Below, in pieces: positions 37,611 to 39,724 of a stretch of 39,724 bases of DNA. The stretch is from a virus. The stretch is from the IMG/VR virus record IMGVR_UViG_3300020202_000051; one strand, given 5' to 3'. The notes under the pieces are model-generated. The model was given only the letters and a program-made list of their open reading frames with translations, did no database searches and was not told the origin of the DNA. Made by a program: the position numbers and the translations under genes. Position 1 is the first letter of the stretch. Each line of letters starts with the position of its first letter.

Positions 37611-38366
37611 TTAAAACAACCCGCCTGGGTCGAACACTTTTCCTGCCCAGCCGCCGCCTTTTCGTGATCCATAGAGCCCGAACAGGCCCCCCTGGCCTCC
37701 AATGCTTCTGATGAGCCCATCCGGCCGGTTGAGCTCCTCTCGAGCCAGCCACTTGTTGAACTCAGTAGTATCCTTATCCATCTCAAACTGCTTGAGCGCC
37801 AAGTTGAACTGATCGATGCGCGCCGCGTTCTCGGCGTTAAACACCTTGTTCTTAAACTCCAGATCCTGCTCGGTCAGCTGCTTCTGGAACATCCGCTGGT
37901 CATGGGCCTCAGTCTTGGCCCATTGGCGCTGCTTTTCGGATTGCCCAGCATCAAACTCGCGGCCCAGGTGCGCCTGCTCAGCTGCGAACCTTCGCCCCAG
38001 GGCAGACTCACCCGAGGCGAACTCACGGCCTAGCCGAGATTCAGCTGAGGCAAACTCCCGCTGCTTCTGAGCTTCCCCAGCCTGAAACTCCCTACCCTCT
38101 TTCAGCTCCTGAAGCCGCCTGCGTTCGGCGTTTTCTTGAACATCAATCCCCTCGTTTGCGTCCTGGAGCTGCTCCTGCTGCCTGTCCTGCGCGAGCTGCT
38201 GCTGCTTGATGTAAGCCCCGCTATTGAGCCCTCCGAGGGCCGCGAACCGCCTCTTCAGGGCATCCTGCTGCTCCTGGCCCGATGCGGTCACCCGCTGCTG
38301 GGCCCTTTTCCTGGCGAGATCATATTCAGGCAGCGACTGCTGCGCCTGCTGTCCTGGCATCGGCAT
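37611..38366 (-). CDS. Internal virion protein candidate with seven 11-residue repeats
   Basis: Units are REFQAGEAQKQ, REFASAESRLG, REFASGESALG, RRFAAEQAHLG, REFDAGQSEKQ, RQWAKTEAHDQ and RMFQKQLTEQD. TAATG junction with the tail gene. Confidence 0.6.
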   Translation of the reverse strand: MPMPGQQAQQSLPEYDLARKRAQQRVTASGQEQQDALKRRFAALGGLNSGAYIKQQQLAQDRQQEQLQDANEGIDVQENAERRRLQELKEGREFQAGEAQKQREFASAESRLGREFASGESALGRRFAAEQAHLGREFDAGQSEKQRQWAKTEAHDQRMFQKQLTEQDLEFKNKVFNAENAARIDQFNLALKQFEMDKDTTEFNKWLAREELNRPDGLIRSIGGQGGLFGLYGSRKGGGWAGKVFDPGGLF

Positions 38367-39724
38367 TATCTATTCCTCCCTTTCGGGTTATAGGAAAACT
38401 TTCCCCAGTGGACCTTAAACATCTGGCCCACCCTGTTCTGATTCGAGAACTTGAACTGAATCCTCTGACCCCGGGCGCCCGCCAAGGGCTGCCTGATCTC
38501 CTGCTGATCCACCCCGCCGCCCCAGTTATCGCGCCCCCAGACCATGGAACCCCACAGGGAGCCTCCCGGGTCGAGATCAATCTGCGCGGTATCGCCGTCT
38601 CCTGAGTCTGAGTCCACCCGCCAGCCTAGGGTCATGAAGTAGTCGCCGGCCTTTTCGACCAGGAAGCGGGCATCCCGGAAGTCCTTGTGGGCTTCTGCGT
38701 CTTCCGACCCGCCGTCGAATTCTTTCGTCCAGAAATAGGAATTGATCGCCGTTCCATCGTCGGAATAGACGCCTGAGTTGAGCTTGTAGACGAATCCTGT
38801 GGCAGTCGATGACCCGTAGTAGAGATTGCCGGCATAAATGACGAACTGAGCAGCGTTCAGCCCCGTCCAAGGGACCCAAGCTTCTCTCTGGCGTTTGGCA
38901 ATGTTGGAAATCGAGAAGTCCATCACATAGACACGGTTATTCGTCGTCTGGCCTGAGCCGTAGGTGACGGCGATGTAGGCCTTATTCTTAAACACCATGC
39001 CCGAGAAGTTCCCGACGTAACTTTCCTGCATGTTGAAGACGTCAGGCTCGATGCGTTCGCTCTTGAGATCGCTTCCTGCGGTCGAAACGGTGAGAAGGGT
39101 CGCCGAGGGATCGACCGTATCGCCGTTGAGCGCTGCGAAACCCGCCAGCTTGTCATTCTGCATGGCTGGAAAGAGCGTCTTGTTATTGTAATCGAGGATA
39201 CAAAAGGGCGATTTCGTCCCGTAGCTCGACTTTACCCTGACCCGGCGCCAATCCGAATCCGAAGTAGATGGCATGTAATTGATCCAGGCGGATTTCTCGC
39301 AGAAGATCACAAGCGAGTTGTCATAGACGCCGAAGCCCTTGACCAGATCCGCGCTCGCATCGCCTGCGATAAAGAAGTTGGTTGAAGCGACCGTGTAAGG
39401 CTCGTCAAGACCCGTGTACCAGACGTAGCTCGGGTTCGCGAGATCGTTCATGAAAAGCCGCCGCTGGTGATAGATGATCACCGAGTACTTGGGCGGAACG
39501 CCGTTATCGGTCGGAGCTGTCGCACCTAGGGCTGAGTCGGCGTTATTGTCGTCATAGGTCGTCGTCGTGTTATCCGCGATCGTCGTCACGCGCTTAAAAG
39601 TGCTACCCCCCGCCTCCGTGCGGTAAAGGCGTCTCTCACTGATCCCGAAGCTTGCCGCAAAGGTCGGGATGGAGGACACCCGGAGGGTAGCCCCGGCCGC
39701 AGTGAATGTCGTGCTGACTGGGCC
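38366..39724 (-). CDS. 3' part of the wrap-around 632-aa tail/nozzle-like virion protein (unique part 38366..39597)
   Basis: The ORF is open to the window end. The track's start at 39679 is an internal GVal codon (GTG). An FN3-like stretch GDYRYKVTAVNSQSVESDVGP lies in the 1..667 part. Confidence 0.8.
   Translation of the reverse strand, partial: GPVSTTFTAAGATLRVSSIPTFAASFGISERRLYRTEAGGSTFKRVTTIADNTTTTYDDNNADSALGATAPTDNGVPPKYSVIIYHQRRLFMNDLANPSYVWYTGLDEPYTVASTNFFIAGDASADLVKGFGVYDNSLVIFCEKSAWINYMPSTSDSDWRRVRVKSSYGTKSPFCILDYNNKTLFPAMQNDKLAGFAALNGDTVDPSATLLTVSTAGSDLKSERIEPDVFNMQESYVGNFSGMVFKNKAYIAVTYGSGQTTNNRVYVMDFSISNIAKRQREAWVPWTGLNAAQFVIYAGNLYYGSSTATGFVYKLNSGVYSDDGTAINSYFWTKEFDGGSEDAEAHKDFRDARFLVEKAGDYFMTLGWRVDSDSGDGDTAQIDLDPGGSLWGSMVWGRDNWGGGVDQQEIRQPLAGARGQRIQFKFSNQNRVGQMFKVHWGKFSYNPKGRNR
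39598..39724. repeat. Terminal direct repeat, copy 2
   Basis: Identical to 1..127. Confidence 0.95.

Overview
The window is a complete, circularly closed temperate phage genome. Bases 1-127 recur exactly at 39598-39724, so the unique length is 39,597 bp, and one structural gene runs across that junction. About 75 tightly packed genes are present, and all but four lie on the minus strand. Many are linked by ATGA, GTGA, TTGA or TAATG start/stop overlaps.

Reading the minus strand from high to low coordinates, the modules are:
- tail/nozzle-like protein across the junction, then internal/ejection proteins (34.3-38.4 kb)
- tail fibre with a C1q-like tip (32.9-34.2 kb)
- lysis genes ending in a T7-lysozyme-type amidase (31.1-32.6 kb)
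- a sugar-nucleotide cassette interrupted by an HNH endonuclease (27.3-31.0 kb)
- a divergent HTH genetic switch (25.6-27.4 kb)
- Cas4-like exonuclease and SSB-like protein (23.9-25.3 kb)
- excisionase, tyrosine integrase and an attP carrying the 3' part of a tRNA-Leu(UAA)-like sequence (21.6-23.3 kb)
- replication genes and many small early genes, including a NeuB-like synthase (13.0-21.5 kb)
- a 522-aa collagen-like protein, TerL, portal, scaffold and major capsid (4.9-12.6 kb)
- a Maf/DUF115-like gene and small virion proteins (0.7-4.3 kb)

The gene order is podovirus-like.

Main hypothesis: the phage encodes a dispersed nonulosonic-acid (sialic-acid-like) pathway. Its parts are a NeuB/PseI-like synthase, a PseH-like GNAT, a class-III aminotransferase and an SpsF-type cytidylyltransferase. 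A Maf-type transferase gene sits inside the capsid block. This suggests the virion itself is glycosylated.

A second notable signal is a family of six related regulatory modules in front of late gene blocks, including the sugar cassette. The three best copies have an extended -10 followed by tandem CAC(A/G)AT boxes.

All family assignments come from motif recognition by eye. No database search, HMM or folding calculation was run.
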